Positions 12,488 through 26,580 are shown, counted from the whole stretch's first letter. The stretch: DNA of 63,722 nucleotides, filler included, from Diploschistes diacapsis (GCA_023645945.1; 12 parts of 12 records of this genome joined end to end with filler, not necessarily neighbours in it); one strand, 5' to 3'. A program made the numbers and translations. Notes: generated by a model not told the origin, from the letters alone.

Positions 12488-15400
12488 ATGGATGTCGGGG
12501 CGTTAAGGGAGCGTATCTCAGCAACACTAGATGCGAATGCGGATGTTCGGCGGCAGGCTGAAATCGACCTAAAATATGTGAGTCCGGCTTGGACTTGTGC
12601 GTCTAGCAGTAAGCATACGCTGACCATAATCACTCTCTCAACAGGCAGAAGACCAGCCCGGCTTCCTTAGTGCTCTCCTCGACATACTTCAGGCTGAGCA
12701 AGTTCATACCGCCAGACTATCCGGTAGGCCGATCTTCGGTCGTCCCCAGACCGTGTCACTAAACAATGCTCAGCTGTCGTATACCTCAAGAACAGAGTTA
12801 ACAGAGGATGGGCGTCTCCCGACGAGTCACCCTTGCAAAACCCAATATCCGAGGACGAGAAGCTCGCAGTTAGGAATCGCCTTCTGCCTATACTTGCCAT
12901 AGCGCATCCTCAAGTCCGCGCTCAGCTCGTGCCAATTTTGCAAAAGATCTTGCAGTATGACTTCCCGGAGAGATGGCCGGACTTTATGCCAATTACCATG
13001 CAGCTACTGAATGCCAACGATGCAAATTCTGTTTTTGCTGGGTTGCAGTGTGTTCTTGCAATATGTCGAACGTACAGATTCAAGGCAGGAGAAAACCGAG
13101 AGGATTTCAGTCGCATAGTACAGATGTCATTCGGTCAGATCCTCAACATTGGTACAAGACTTGTCGATGAGACCAGTCTTGAAGCTGCGGAAATGCTCAG
13201 AATTGTTATCAAGTCCTACAAACATGCTATCTACGTCTGTTCTCACCACTTTACTCTATCTGTTTGATGTAAGCTCTGACTTGGTCTAGTTCGACCTGCC
13301 TTCGCCTTTAATGGTTCAGGATACCTTGGTGGGATGGTGTACACTGTTCATTAGGATCGTCTCCAAAGTGCCACCTCCAGAGTCAATGCCCGAGGATAAG
13401 GATGAACGCGAAACGAATCATTGGTGGAAGGCAAAGAAATGGGCTTATGCAAATCTCAATCGACTTTTCATTAGGTAATCTTTGGTGCAGCAATCGGCCT
13501 AAACTGATGCTGACCTTTGATCCAGATATGGAAACCCTAGCACACTCTCTAAAAACCATTCGCAGGATTATTCCGAGTTTGCCAAGACCTTTGTTTCGAA
13601 TTTTGCGCCAGAGATCCTTAAGAACTATCTGCAGCAGATCGAGAAATGGGTCGCAAAAAGTGAATGGTTAAGCAAGCCAGCACTCTCATATACGCTTGGC
13701 TTCTTGGATGAATGTGTCAAACCCAAATCTATGTGGGCACACCTCAAGCCAAATATGGACAATCTTATTGCACATGTCGTATTCCCGATATTGTGTTCCT
13801 CGGATGAAGACCTCGAACTCTTCCGAGATGACCCCCAAGAGTACGTTCACAAGAAGCTCAATTATTACGAGGAAGTCACAGCTCCCGATGTTTCAGCCAC
13901 GAGTTTCTTGGTCTCTCTAACAAAGTGCCGTAAGAAGCAAACCTTCACCATCCTTAACTTTGTTAACGGTATCGTCACCAAATACGAGGTAACACCGGAT
14001 GGGGAGAAGAATGTCCGTGAAAAGGAGGGTGCTTTGAGGATGATATCGACCCTTTCGGAAGTCCTGCTCGCCAAGAAAAGTCCAATTGCCCATCAGGTTG
14101 AAGCTTTCTTCGTACGACACGTATTCCCCGAGTTCAGGAGTCCACATGGTTTTCTACGAGCCCGAGCATGCGACTGCTTGCAAAAGTTCGAAAGGCTGGA
14201 TTTTCGAGAAGAAAGCAATCTGGTCTTAGTATACAGGAATGTCCTCGAGTCTCTTACCGACCCTGAGCTACCTGTTCGGATCGAAGCTGCCCTTGCACTG
14301 CAAGTCCTAATCCGTCACGACCTGATACGAACAGAAATGCAAGCAAACATACCTCAGATAATGCAACAGCTTCTCAAGCTCGCAAACGAAGTAGACGTGG
14401 ACTCACTGGCCAATGTCATGGAAGATTTTGTGGAGGTTTTCTCTACAGAGCTTACTCCCTTTGCTGTAGCTCTTAGCGAGCAACTTCGAGACACGTACCT
14501 TCGAATCGTGCGCGACCTTCTGGAGCGCCAGAATGGTAAGGAAGACGATGACGGCTTCGGTGACTTTTCGGACGATAAGAGTATCACTGCTCTTGGAGTC
14601 CTCCAGACTATCGGTACATTAATCCTCACGCTAGAAAGCACTCCGGACGTTCTCCTGCATCTTGAAACGATACTAATGCCAGTAATAAGCATAACTTTGG
14701 AAAACAAACTCTATGATCTGTACAACGAGATATTTGAGATTGTCGAGAGTTGCACGTTTTCAGCAAAGGCGATTTCGCCTTCGATGTGGCAAGCTTTTGA
14801 GCAAATACACAAAACCTTCAAAAACGGTGCGGAGCTTTACCTCGAAGATATGCTTCCGGCATTGGAGAACTTCATCACCTTCGGAGCGCCCACGATGATT
14901 CAAAACCGACAGTACATTGATTCTGTTGTAGGCATGGTGAGCGATATCTTCCACGATGAAAAGGTTGGTGGTATGGACCGGATATGTGGTTGCAAATTGG
15001 CCGAGTGCATCTTGATCCACCTAAGGGGCCAAGTGGATCAGTACATCCCAACTTTCGTCGAGCTGGCAATGCACTCTCTGCTGGCGCATGATCACAAGGT
15101 CAAGTCATACCGAGTCCACTTGATTGAAATGGTCGTCAACGCGCTCTACTACAATCCGATTTTAGCCCTTCGAGTTCTGGAGGCCAATGGCTGGACGAAC
15201 AAATTCTTCAGTTCATGGTTCTCGAACATCGGCTCATTCACACGAGTGCATGACAAGAAGCTCTCGATTTTGGCTATCAGCTCGCTGCTGACGTTACGTG
15301 CGGACGAGATCCCGACCAGTGTGCAGACCGGATGGCCGAGACTTTTGGGGGGCATTTTGCAGCTTTTCAATACGCTCCCGGCCGCTGAAAAGAGTAAGAG

Positions 15401-15991
15401 ACCCTAAATTTTCCTCAAAGCTTTGGAAATTAATAGCTGTTAGACCGAGAAGAACTGACTCGTGAGAACGATTTCACACTGAACGACGACGATGATGATG
15501 ACGACGAAGACGAAGTTGAAGCATGGGATGCCGATGGCGAAAATAACGATAATGACGAACCAGAGGGAGATGTGAAGGATGAAAGCGCAGCTTATTTAGA
15601 ATTCTTGAACGACCAGGTATATCCTCTCTACCGTAGATGGGGCTGCAATCGCTGACGGCCTTCAGGCACAAAAATTCAATGCTGCCAACGCGGAGGACGA
15701 CGATGAGCTGGAGGAGGAGAGCATGCTTGAATCGCCCCTGGACAAAGTCGAACCCTACACCCTATTCAAGTCCACTCTTCTTGGTGAGATCCTCCCATGT
15801 TTTCCACAAGAACACTTCCTAACATGGACACAGAACTACAAGCAGATCAGCCTCAGCTATACGAGAGTCTTACAAGGCATCTCGGCGAGCCGGACAAAGC
15901 CATCTTACTCAATGTCGTTGCACATGCCGAGGCCGTGGAAAGAGATGCGGTGGCCGCCACAGCGTTGACCGCTAATGGAGCTCCGCAATGA
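12488..15991 (+). CDS. NMD5: Importin-7/8-type karyopherin Nmd5 (spliced)
   Basis: IBN_N start (TLDANADVRRQAEIDLK; YLKNRV), YDFPERWP, HWWKAKKWAYANLNRLF, REKEGAL, FTRVHDKKL and an acidic C-terminus. Confidence 0.93.
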
Positions 15992-16241
15992 TATATTTGA
16001 GGTCTGAGTTCTTTACGGAATTGAGGCTTAGGTACCTTTGAATATCTCGGCGGTGCTTCATTCCCACACATGGCGGTTGTTACAGAGTGGGTAGAGATTA
16101 GTGCAAACGACATCGAGTGTTCTAGACCGTAGCGTAGAGCCTTGTCGCAGCGTTGTCGAGACGATTGGGGGATCAGGACTAGAGAGCGATAGATGTAGGA
16201 ATTACCACTAGGATACCCCATTGATTAAGGATGCGTTACTG

Positions 16242-16481
16242 CAGTGCTCCGTTCAGTGGCAAGTTAGGATTGGGTAGACGAGTCGGTAGAGAAACCACCG
16301 CATCGACGTGTGTACACGTATAGTATCCACCGCATAAGCGATTCGAGCAGGTTGAAACTTGTACTTGGAGAAAAACGCAGTCCCATCGTACCAGATTGGC
16401 TGGAGAATATTTGCGTAACCTCCAAAGGCGTAGTAGACCCGCTCGAGTCACTATATGTCCAGGTTGCTTTGCGGAGCACTG
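16242..16481. mobile_element. Degenerate 240-bp Tc1/mariner-type MITE
   Basis: Perfect 10-bp terminal inverted repeat CAGTGCTCCG...CGGAGCACTG. Right flank is TA, left flank TG (a possibly mutated TA TSD). Non-coding, intergenic. Confidence 0.5.
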
Positions 16482-16826
16482 TAGACTATACTATTTACGT
16501 GTGCTCGCCGATTGTAACAGCCCCTTGTTAGTTGGCCTGAATGAATCGCTGATTTTGACAGTTTTGGGTATAGAAGGGGAACAGTCCTTTCTTGGTTGCG
16601 ACCAAGCCTTTTTGTTGCGGATACATCATCCGAATATTAAATCATAGCAAGGTCAAAAGCTGGAATTCTCGTAGCCCCAGCATCTTTTGTCAACAAAACA
16701 TCTGTCGAAGCGGGACTTTGGTTTTCGCTAGATACTCAGGAAGTGAAAACCTTACAAGATGGGATCGTGCATATCTCGCGCGCCCTAGCCTCGTTTTGAC
16801 GGGACATGCTATGATATCCCCCAGCA

Positions 16827-19144
16827 ATGACAAAAGCCTTCGGCCTCCGTCCCCTCAAGCAAGGCGGGCGCGCAGACCTCAACGACATCTTCAAGCTGCA
16901 CGTGCCGCAGAAAGAACTCAGCGCCCTCGGCATCTACTCGGGAGAACTGTGTGGGCTCGAAAGCGCCGACGGCGGCGACGGTGGAGGCCCCAGAAAGCAT
17001 GCTGTAGGCAGAGCCATCCCCGCGCAGGCGGATGTAAGGGGCAAGGTCGTGCAGGTTGCGCAGGCCTTCAAGGAGATGCACGGTTTGAGGTTCGAGGGGG
17101 ATTATGTTCTCCGAAAGGCCGAGACGACCGTCGAGGAGGCGAGGAGCGTTACGATTACGGAGCTGGCTACGGAGGAGGGGGCGGTGGTCCAGCAGATGGA
17201 TCAGGTCGAGGCTGCGTACTGGACGGGCTTCGTGTGCCGGGCCCTCCAGCGTGAGGCTCGATTCGTTGCGGTGGGGATGCCGATCGAGAACATCCAGAGC
17301 AGATGGCAGAATAAGTCCTTTCGCGTCGCAGCTGTTGCCCTGGTCTCTGGAGAACCGGCGTCCGTGGACGCGCTCTGCCGGTTTACGGAGACCTCTAGCG
17401 TGGTGATGGGAAAGGGGAAGGCAGAGTCGGCGAAGGATAGGCAGGAACTCAGCGTGGACGCCACTGGGGTTGGTGGCTTGGAAAGCCAGCTCGCTCGGCT
17501 CAACCAGGAGATGGCGAGGTACAGAGCCGGCACACGGCCTCTGCGGAGGAACAGAGGCATTCTCCTGCATGGTCCCTCGGGTACAGGGAAGACGCTTCTA
17601 ATGAACAAAGTCATCGAAGCACCTTGGAAGAAGGTCTTCAAGCCATCTCCAAAATATGTTGAAAAAGCCTTTGTTGAGGCGTCCGTGTGCGAGCCCAGCC
17701 TAATCGTGTTAGATGATTTGGGCGTACTTGGCCAGGAAAACCCCGGTGGCGAGGGTGGCTTCAATCGGATCCTAGCTCAAAGCATCAAGGAGGGCTTCGA
17801 AACCGTCAGACATAAACGTGTCCTAGTAATGGCGGAGGTACAGAACCTGAGGAGAGTGCCTCCGATACTTCGGGGGCCGTCCTGCTTCAAGCTGGAGATA
17901 GAGCTGCCAGTACCTGACTCAAGAACTCGAATGCAAATTCTGGAAGCTCTGCTCAGCGGGGAGGGCGATGTGCATGCCGATGAAGGCGTGTTGAAGAATT
18001 TTAGCGACCGAACGCATGGATACAGCGGCGCAGATTTGGAAGAGTTATTTTTCAGAGCCATTGAGCTTTCCGAGGATCGGTACAACCGCAGTCAATCGTC
18101 GCAAGTCTGTTCTACGACAAACGGAGTGAACCAGATCTCTGAAGCCAGCGAACTCACACAGCAGCCCTGCGTCTTCGTGGCGAGCGGGGACTTCGAGCTA
18201 GCTTTCAGCGAAGTTCGGCCGTCGGCGATGAACGAGGTTTTCCTCGAGACGCCCAAGATCCGCTGGGAGGATGTTGGCGGCCAACAAAGCACGAAAGACG
18301 CTCTGACGCAGGCTGTTTCGTGGCCCCTGAAAGTGAGCTACTCTCTTTCCAATATACCCACCGTTCGCACACTACTTGCACGTGCTCCGCTAACCACTTA
18401 ACTTACCAGTATCCCGAAGGCTTCGAGAAAAACGGCCTGCGTCCAACAAAAGGCATGCTCCTCTACGGGCCTCCAGGATGCAGCAAGACCCTCATCGCCG
18501 CCGCCGTCGCCAACGAAGCCGGCCTGAACTTCCTCGCCGTCAAAGGCGCCGAGGTGCTAAGCATGTACGTCGGCGAATCCGAGCGAAAAGTACGCGGGAT
18601 ATTCAGCAAGGCCCGCGCCGCCCAGCCCAGCATCGTCTTCTTCGACGAGATCGACGCCATCGGCGCGGTGCGCGAGAGCGGGAGCGGCGGCGTGCACGTC
18701 CTCACGACGCTGCTCAACGAACTGGACGGAATAGAGGCCATGAGGGGCGTCTTCGTGTTGGCGGCAACCAATAAGCCCTGGGTTCTTGACCCGGCGCTGA
18801 TGAGGCCCGGCCGGCTGGACAAGATCGTCTACGTCCCGCTGCCGGATGGGGTGACGCGGAGGGATATTGTGAGCATTCGCTTGAAGAGCATGGTGCACGC
18901 CGACGACGTGGATGTGGAGCGGTTGGCGAGGGAGACGGAAGGGTGTTCCGGCGCGGAGATCGCGGAGCTCTGTCAGCGCGCGGGATACTTGGCTCTGGGA
19001 GAGCAGATCGAGGCGAAAGTCGAGGCGGAGGAGATGCCGATGAGCCAGAGGCATTTTGACAAAGTGCTCCCGGAGCTGACGAGGGGGGTGCCGCGGGACA
19101 TGGTGCGGGACTATGAGGAGTGGTCGAAGACGATAAGACGTTGA
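16827..19144 (+). CDS. AFG2: Double-AAA ATPase, Afg2/Drg1-like (one intron at about 18333-18409)
   Basis: D1 has GILLHGPSGTGKT; linker RPSAMNEVFLETPKIRWEDVGG; D2 has GMLLYGPPGCSKT, LSMYVGESER, FFDEIDA and ALMRPGRLD. GCSKT is typical of the Afg2/SPATA5 D2 domain. Confidence 0.85.
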
Positions 19145-20035
19145 GTGCCAGAAAGAAACTTTTTGCTTCTGCTGCCTCCTGCATACTGATGTATCCGAGT
19201 TCGTTTCGATATCTCAGAGCTATTTGTGTACTATCGTACGATAGTTTTGAGGCTGGTGGTATCGGAGTCTTCGTTGGAGCTGTTTTTACTCCCACCCTGT
19301 TATGTAGGCTTGAAGGTCTTGGAGATCTCCTGAAACCTGTTGCTGCGTGCTGCGTGTTTGCTGCTGAACGTATTGGCTGAAGGTATTAGAGTTCTCTGCA
19401 CCGAGGCACGCTCACGTTATAGAAACACATGCAGCTCAAAAAAGGGGGCACGATTAATCACCACCTTTTAGACCAGTAGATTGTATACACACACACGTAT
19501 TACTCAACCAAGATCCGCTCAATGAAAGCAAAACGTTCATGAATGCATCGTCGTCTTGCCAAGGAAGCTCCTAAACACTGCTCTCCATACCCTTAACATG
19601 TCAGAACCGTCAAAGCACTACGCGAACAGAGAATGGAAACGATAGACAGACGAAGCTAGACGGGGCTGGCTCTTGAAATGCAAGATATGCTTGCTCGCTC
19701 TAATTCCGAAGGCCCTAGTCATGATAAAAACGCCGACAATGAAAAGGAAAGAGGACAAACCCGGCCTCGTGAAGTCATGACCTCAATTAGATAAAGGCCA
19801 AGTCTCTTAGTCGGAGCATCCGCCCATTTCTGCAGCCACTCTGCTAGCTTAAACCGCTAGCAGTAAGAAGGTATGATCAAGAACAGGCGCTTCTATGCAC
19901 TCGATGCCAGCTCCTTAGCTTCACCCTCCTTTCTCCATTCAAACCATCCTCCCGCCAGACCCAACCCCTCGTTCAAGTGGCGGTCCTATGGGATCCACAT
20001 TTGCGCTTGAACCCACTCTCTGCAGCAACACCGAA

Positions 20036-20944
<909 letters not shown>

Positions 20945-21516
20945 GGTGAGCTGAGGACGTGGTCTGGTCTCGCAAAGGCAGGTTGTGCGGTGAAGAAGAT
21001 ACAAACCGTTGGGGTACGTTTAAAGTCGGAGGCTGCGGGATAAAGCTCGTGGCGTTGCACCGACCCGTTTGAGGATGGATCAAGTCGCGAGGCCTAGAAA
21101 CGTGATGCCCTTGCTGCAGACGGACACTTGCAGTGGTGCGTGGTATAGAAATTCCGGTGTGTTTATTGAATGGTTGAAGAGAATGACCAGTCGAGGCTGC
21201 AGATGATGCTGTTTTGGGCCGCAGGCAAAGGACTTCTTCCTACCACAACGTGAGGTTGTTCTTACTACTGTAGCAGGGTACGAGATTCAGATTCGTACAG
21301 TACATGCTTAGTCCTGTTACGATCCTGAAGTTTTTGCTATATTCTATGTGTAGCTAATCTGGCTTTGCAAATGGTATCTTAAGTTACTGTCTCTTCAATC
21401 TCAACGGGGGAGTGCCTCATGCACTTTGAACTTCATATCCGCTATCTCACATACCTTTCTCCATCAACTCCGTGCTATGCTTCGTAGACTCATGCTGAAT
21501 ATATAATGAATCGTGT

Positions 21517-23552
21517 TTACTGGATGTATTTACCATAGGCCCAGCGTATCCGCTCGACGATCCGCAACTGTCCTGACACCCCGGTTCTTGACTCGACAAG
21601 ATCATTCAGGTCTTCCAAGAAGTCACGTCTGACTCCAATAGGCAAGGCAGCCTGGCCGATCTGCCGCAAGACATGCACCTCGCATAGCAAAAGACCACGG
21701 TCTTTGTATGGTATGGTATGGTTTGGCGTAGGCCGCGACAGCGTAAGCACGCGGTCTATGTTGCGTAGGACGCGACTCATACGACTATGTTGCTGTTCCT
21801 GGTTTCTCCGATTCGTCGCAAAGGATTGGGTCAACCATCTCGAGAGTCCGAGGCAAATCAGTATACTAGGTGTGAGGCCGACAAAGCCAAAGACAAGCTC
21901 TTGGCTCTTGAGAAGGGCGTCGATGCCACTTATAGCCAGCTCGACGTCGACCTTTGTCTTTTGAATTTGAATCAACAAGGCCCGAACCAATTGGCCTCGT
22001 ATTGCACCCAAAAACGGTTTCTGCAGGTCTTTCTCGTAAGCTTTCAGAACGGGAGTCAAATCACCTTCGGACACTTTGCTTCTAATGGCTGCGATTTCGA
22101 CTTCGTTCAGAGCCTTTCCACCTGTCACAGTTGAGTTTTCAACTGCGAAATCGACTACCATCCTCTCTAAACTTGCTCGGTCTCCCTGTAAGCTTTCTTT
22201 GCTCATTATCGCAATCTCGCTTTTCTCATCGTGTCTTATTGTGCCGATCAATCTCTTAACCGGCTCCACAACCCAGTTGTACCAGAAGTCCTGGACCGTT
22301 GTCCCAAGCTCGCGGACCCAAGAAAGTATGGCCTCCCTCCGGTTAAAGAATATACGAAGGATTGTGCTAGAAGACAGGAGCAACGCCGTCGCGGGTAGCC
22401 AATAACGGACCAGGTGCGAAGGTTTGCCATTTTCTACCACTTGCCTCTGCATTGTTTTTTGGTAAGCTGGTAGTCGGGTAATCACGATGTCCAGCAGATT
22501 TCGGGCAAGCGCTGGCGGCTGACTCCAATCTGATCCCTCATCATCCACATAATCATCTACGTGGTTGAAGGACTGCTCCTCGATGTCGTGCGTACTAATG
22601 TCAGGGGATGCAGCTAATCTCTGGAGCACAGCATCCATCAGGATTACGCTCTTCGACAAGTTTTGCTGCCATCCGTTCTCGACAGCCGCTCCAAACTCAT
22701 CGATCTCGAAGCTGAAACCTTCGTCCATTAGAATGCCAAGAGCGCTGGAACTTAGATCACGGATTCTTTTGAGGTTCTTTTGCTTCGTCCTCGCCTCGAG
22801 TTGAGCTTCGGTAATCGGAGACAAGAATTTTGATCGCAAGTGTGCAATCGAGCGGTCATGAATACTCTCCCGCACCAACTCGTAGAATTGACGCCACCGA
22901 GCCGTTGCTGATTGGGATATACGCATCTCGTCACCGTTCATCATATCTTGAAAGCGCTCCCTGGCATCGCGATAGACGCCCTTTGACCAGGCCCAGAACC
23001 GTAACGGTGACATCTGAATCGTATACAGACTGCTGTACGTGTACGAGCCAAGGATATCATCCCAATACCAAATGTCATTGCTTAAAGGAAGGATTTCGTC
23101 CAGGAACGAGCCAAGGACCACTCCGTATGTCTGCGCAGCTGCCTTTCCGATTGCACACCATTCTAGGTCACTCTCGTAAGCACTTAAGCTATCTCTGCCT
23201 CCTTCACGCGCGGCTATGCCCTTGGAAGCCTCCAGCAGGGCATGCTCTAATTTTTGGCGTGGCACCGTTACTTGAGACGAAGACGTGGTCGAAAGCACTT
23301 TTATAACGCTCTGTAATCTGTGGACCCGGGACGCATGACCTTCATGCTGTTCCTCGCCTTTCCCTCCACCTCGTTGATCGGTCGCGGCATGGCGTAGAAC
23401 AAGCGATGATGCAGGCGATAGGCTGGTCGAGAATTGAAGCTGGTCGAGTTGCGCATCGATCCGACGGACCTGACTATATAGCGCAAAATCAGTTGCCAAA
23501 CCCATCCACGTGGGGAGTTTCCAAGCTTCACCTACTCGATCACGAACGACAT
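21517..23552 (-). CDS. NCA2: Nuclear control of ATPase protein Nca2
   Basis: Short first exon MSFVIE plus an intron, then IWYWDDIL, PSHLVRYWLP, FWYNWVVEP, SLERMVVDF and LLIQIQKTKVDVELAISGIDALLKSQELVFG. Confidence 0.9.
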
Positions 23553-24106
23553 CGCGGTAACAAATTGGGACGCTCCACTAGCGATTTTTTTCTATGCTCA
23601 TTTCATCATTTTTGAAGCTGACTAGAGCTCGCTACAAGACAGCCAATAGTGAGACGTAGGTAGTTGCTGTCGAAGATGGTGTGACTCGCAAGGCTGTGTA
23701 CATTAGAGAACTTTTATTGCTGATGTTTACTTTCGTCGCTAAACTGCGATACGCAAAGGAATATGCAAGGAATGACGCAAAAGATCGCTCAGCCCTGCAG
23801 AATGCAGCTTGAAAGCCAACAATTTAGTAGACTACTTTCGTGGAATGGTAGGTGGACAAAAAGCTTTGAATGGATTTAGGAGGCTTTCCTATCGAAATTG
23901 AAAGTATTGGAGGACTCTCTGTCGATCCCAATCACGGACAAGGCATAGGGGGAGAAAGAGAGTTACGTGTTTGTCTAAATTATACGTTAAATGATATTAT
24001 ACGTCTTGCCACGCAATGTTGTAAATCATTAGTGAACTCCGGAACAGAAGTTTGTATGAATGCTCGAGATTTTCCAATCGTTAACACGCCTGTGTATCCT
24101 CCATGC

Positions 24107-25200
24107 CTATGGTGTTCCGAAAAAGACACCATGACCGTTGGTTCCAACAAAGACAAATCCCTCAGTTTCAGAACTCGCGCTGCCGAATCCATGTGTCGAG
24201 TCACTGATCGATGTCCATGGGCTCCCCAGGTTTTGGGTCTCATACAAGGCCGTTACGCCGTCAATAGTGAAGAACCCAAAGATGTTGTATCTGAAACTGT
24301 TCTTCGTGTTTTTGCCCAAGGCGAAAGCATATGCGGTCGTCGGGCCGGCGATACTGACAAAGCTCTTACCGTAGTTGATACTGTGGAAGAGACCCTAATC
24401 GGTGCTGGCCCAGACTGCTTCGACGATACTCGGGTTGGGTACGATCTTGCTAACAATTGTGCTGAAACTGCCGAGCTGACACTTGTACCGAAAGAGCTAC
24501 CGCCATCTGTGGATATAACTATGCTTCCACTGCTGCTGCCGTAGAACACCGTGTCGTTTCGCTTATGCGAACTCGCCAGAGCGCCCTGGTCCAGCCCTTT
24601 TACGGTTGCAAATGTGGCACCGTTCTTCAACACTTGAGCACCGTTGCTTCCGGTGCTCCAAACAATGCTAGTTGCGCTGGCGCAGAGTACAGCTTGTCGA
24701 CCGGCAGGGGAAATTGAAGCCGCCGTGTTTTGCGTCCAGGTAGTGCCAGCGTCTTTGAAGATCGCGATCTGAATATTCATGCCGTCGGCTGAGTTTCCTA
24801 CCAAATCTGCGTCTTCGAGGAATTACCAGCTTAATCGAGACTGAACGTAGTGGCGTTGTATCCCAGCGTTGGGTTGGGGGCAGCGGTCAGACTAACATGC
24901 TTGAAGCCTGCGATATCACCCATGCTGCTGACAAGGAATTGATCCGGGGGCACGTTAAGATCCTGAACGGAGGTTTCCTCGATTCGAAATTTCCTTGTGC
25001 ATTCGCCAGCCATCAGTATACTTACTAGATCTTACTAAGCATAGCATTTGTCATTTTACTCAATATCGTACTGCAGGTGGATTATTGGAGTGCGACCCAT
25101 GGATGCAAGTGCTCATCGATTTAGTAGGGACTGAAGTAGCTTGAGCCTGATTGCTTTCGGCGAGAACCCGTGAATCGGGATAGTAAATTCTTCGTAAGCA
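24107..25200 (-). pseudogene. GH74 xyloglucanase remnant (C-terminal half, frameshifted)
   Basis: IEETSVQDLNVPP..LVSSMGDIAGFKH, DAGTTW, IVWS, FYGSSSGSIVISTDGGSSF and STHGFG..VFVGTNGHGVFFG are spread over several frames. No N-terminal half or signal peptide is seen. 5' limit is approximate. Confidence 0.75.
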
Positions 25201-25222
25201 AATGTCAATGGACATGTGAAGC

Positions 25223-25332
25223 TGTGGTTTCACTATATATATCAGTTTAGTTCAATACTGGCAGAATCCAGTATTGTTGGTCTTTTGGCTATGTGGCCTA
25301 GCGGTACTAAACTGGCGCTTTGTAATATCACA
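25223..25332. mobile_element. 110-bp TG..CA element (solo LTR or fold-back MITE), copy 1, TSD AAGC
   Basis: Near-identical to 35769-35878. Ends are TGTG...CACA, and AAGC flanks both sides directly. Confidence 0.85.
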
Positions 25333-25818
25333 AAGCTTTGTGTATACCATACAACTTACAATAATACCTACACACATTCAACAAGACTAGCAATATTAGC
25401 TCATATATAAAAGAGGGTTCACATACGCACGCACCAACAGATCAGTACAGGTAACGTTTCAAAAGTCAGATTAATAGTATCAATCTAAAGCCTCCATTTA
25501 TAGTAGATGCTGTTGTGATTCGATTGCATAGTCTTTTTAAATTGTCTAGCTACAGATTTACAAATAAAAGGTATTCTGCCAAGTCTTTTCGGACTTAGGG
25601 CTTAATTCCGTAGTAAAACTACATCCTTCCCTACTAGAATATGAACGACTCGCTTATTAGTTACTTTTTATGTTCACAAAGCATTCCTTTTGATCAACTT
25701 CTTCTTTATAGATGCACCGTTCTAGTCTATTTATCTCTAATAAGATCAGCTAGTTTATTTTTTCTTTATCTTTATAGTTTATTATCTTTAATTAGAACGT
25801 TTTAGTACTACAAATAGT

Positions 25819-25915
25819 TGTTATGATCTCTATCTATACAAGGTATACACGAGTAGGATCAAGGTGGGTTTGGTCTCTGTTAGAAGAGGAGTGTGGTAGG
25901 AGAAGAAGATAGAGC
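25819..25915 (+). mobile_element. LTR start (TGTTATGATCTC...), truncated at contig end
   Basis: Similar to the reverse complement of 26581-26680. TG start. Confidence 0.6.
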
Positions 25916-26015
25916 NNNNNNNNNNNNNNNNNNNNNNNNNNNNNNNNNNNNNNNNNNNNTTAATTAATTAANNNNNNNNNNNNNNNNNNNNNNNNNNNNN
26001 NNNNNNNNNNNNNNN
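25916..26015. other. Artificial contig linker (N44-TTAATTAATTAA-N44); the same linker starts at 29364, 32811, 36255, 39699, 43138, 46576, 50010, 53444, 56873 and 60299
   Basis: An identical 100-nt spacer with stop codons in all six frames occurs 11 times. Confidence 0.99.
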
Positions 26016-26580
26016 ACAGTCTTAATACAGTCGTAAAAGAACAAACAATAATTATAGAATAATATATCTAAAAAAACCCGAAGACGAATAATAAAATCTA
26101 GACGTTTCTTTTGTTTCGACAATAAGGAAAACATCGCTGTCCCACGACTTGAAATTTTCTTTATTTAGTACTTATGTTTACCCTTCGGTGCTTATCGGGC
26201 CGACAAAGCTGAAGGAAGGAAATAATATTACGATCTAAGTGACTAAATAATAATCATTTAATACTTTATAGCTGATCGGGCCTAACCCAACCATTCTTTA
26301 TATATAATCCAATTATAATAATATTAATCACGTGATAAATAAAAATCCTTAAAGGCTATTCTACTTTCTATAAATAGAACGAAAGAACGGTAATTCTATT
26401 TATATACTGATTTATTCCGTTAAGGAGTAGTTGATTATATAAGAACGTCGCTATAATTCTTATAAATCCTGATATATTTACTTTTATAGACATCCCTAAT
26501 CATTACTCGGGATCAATCTATATTCGTTACTTATATCATTAAAAAGCCTTCTTTCCAGAAATAATCTAAGATCTATAACT

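Noticed and set aside
23870..24544. 224-aa plus-strand ORF
   Set aside because: Mostly antisense to the GH74 remnant; no recognisable motifs.
25960..25971. Regularly spaced TTAATTAATTAA motif every ~3.44 kb
   Set aside because: Assembly spacer with six-frame stops, not biological periodicity.
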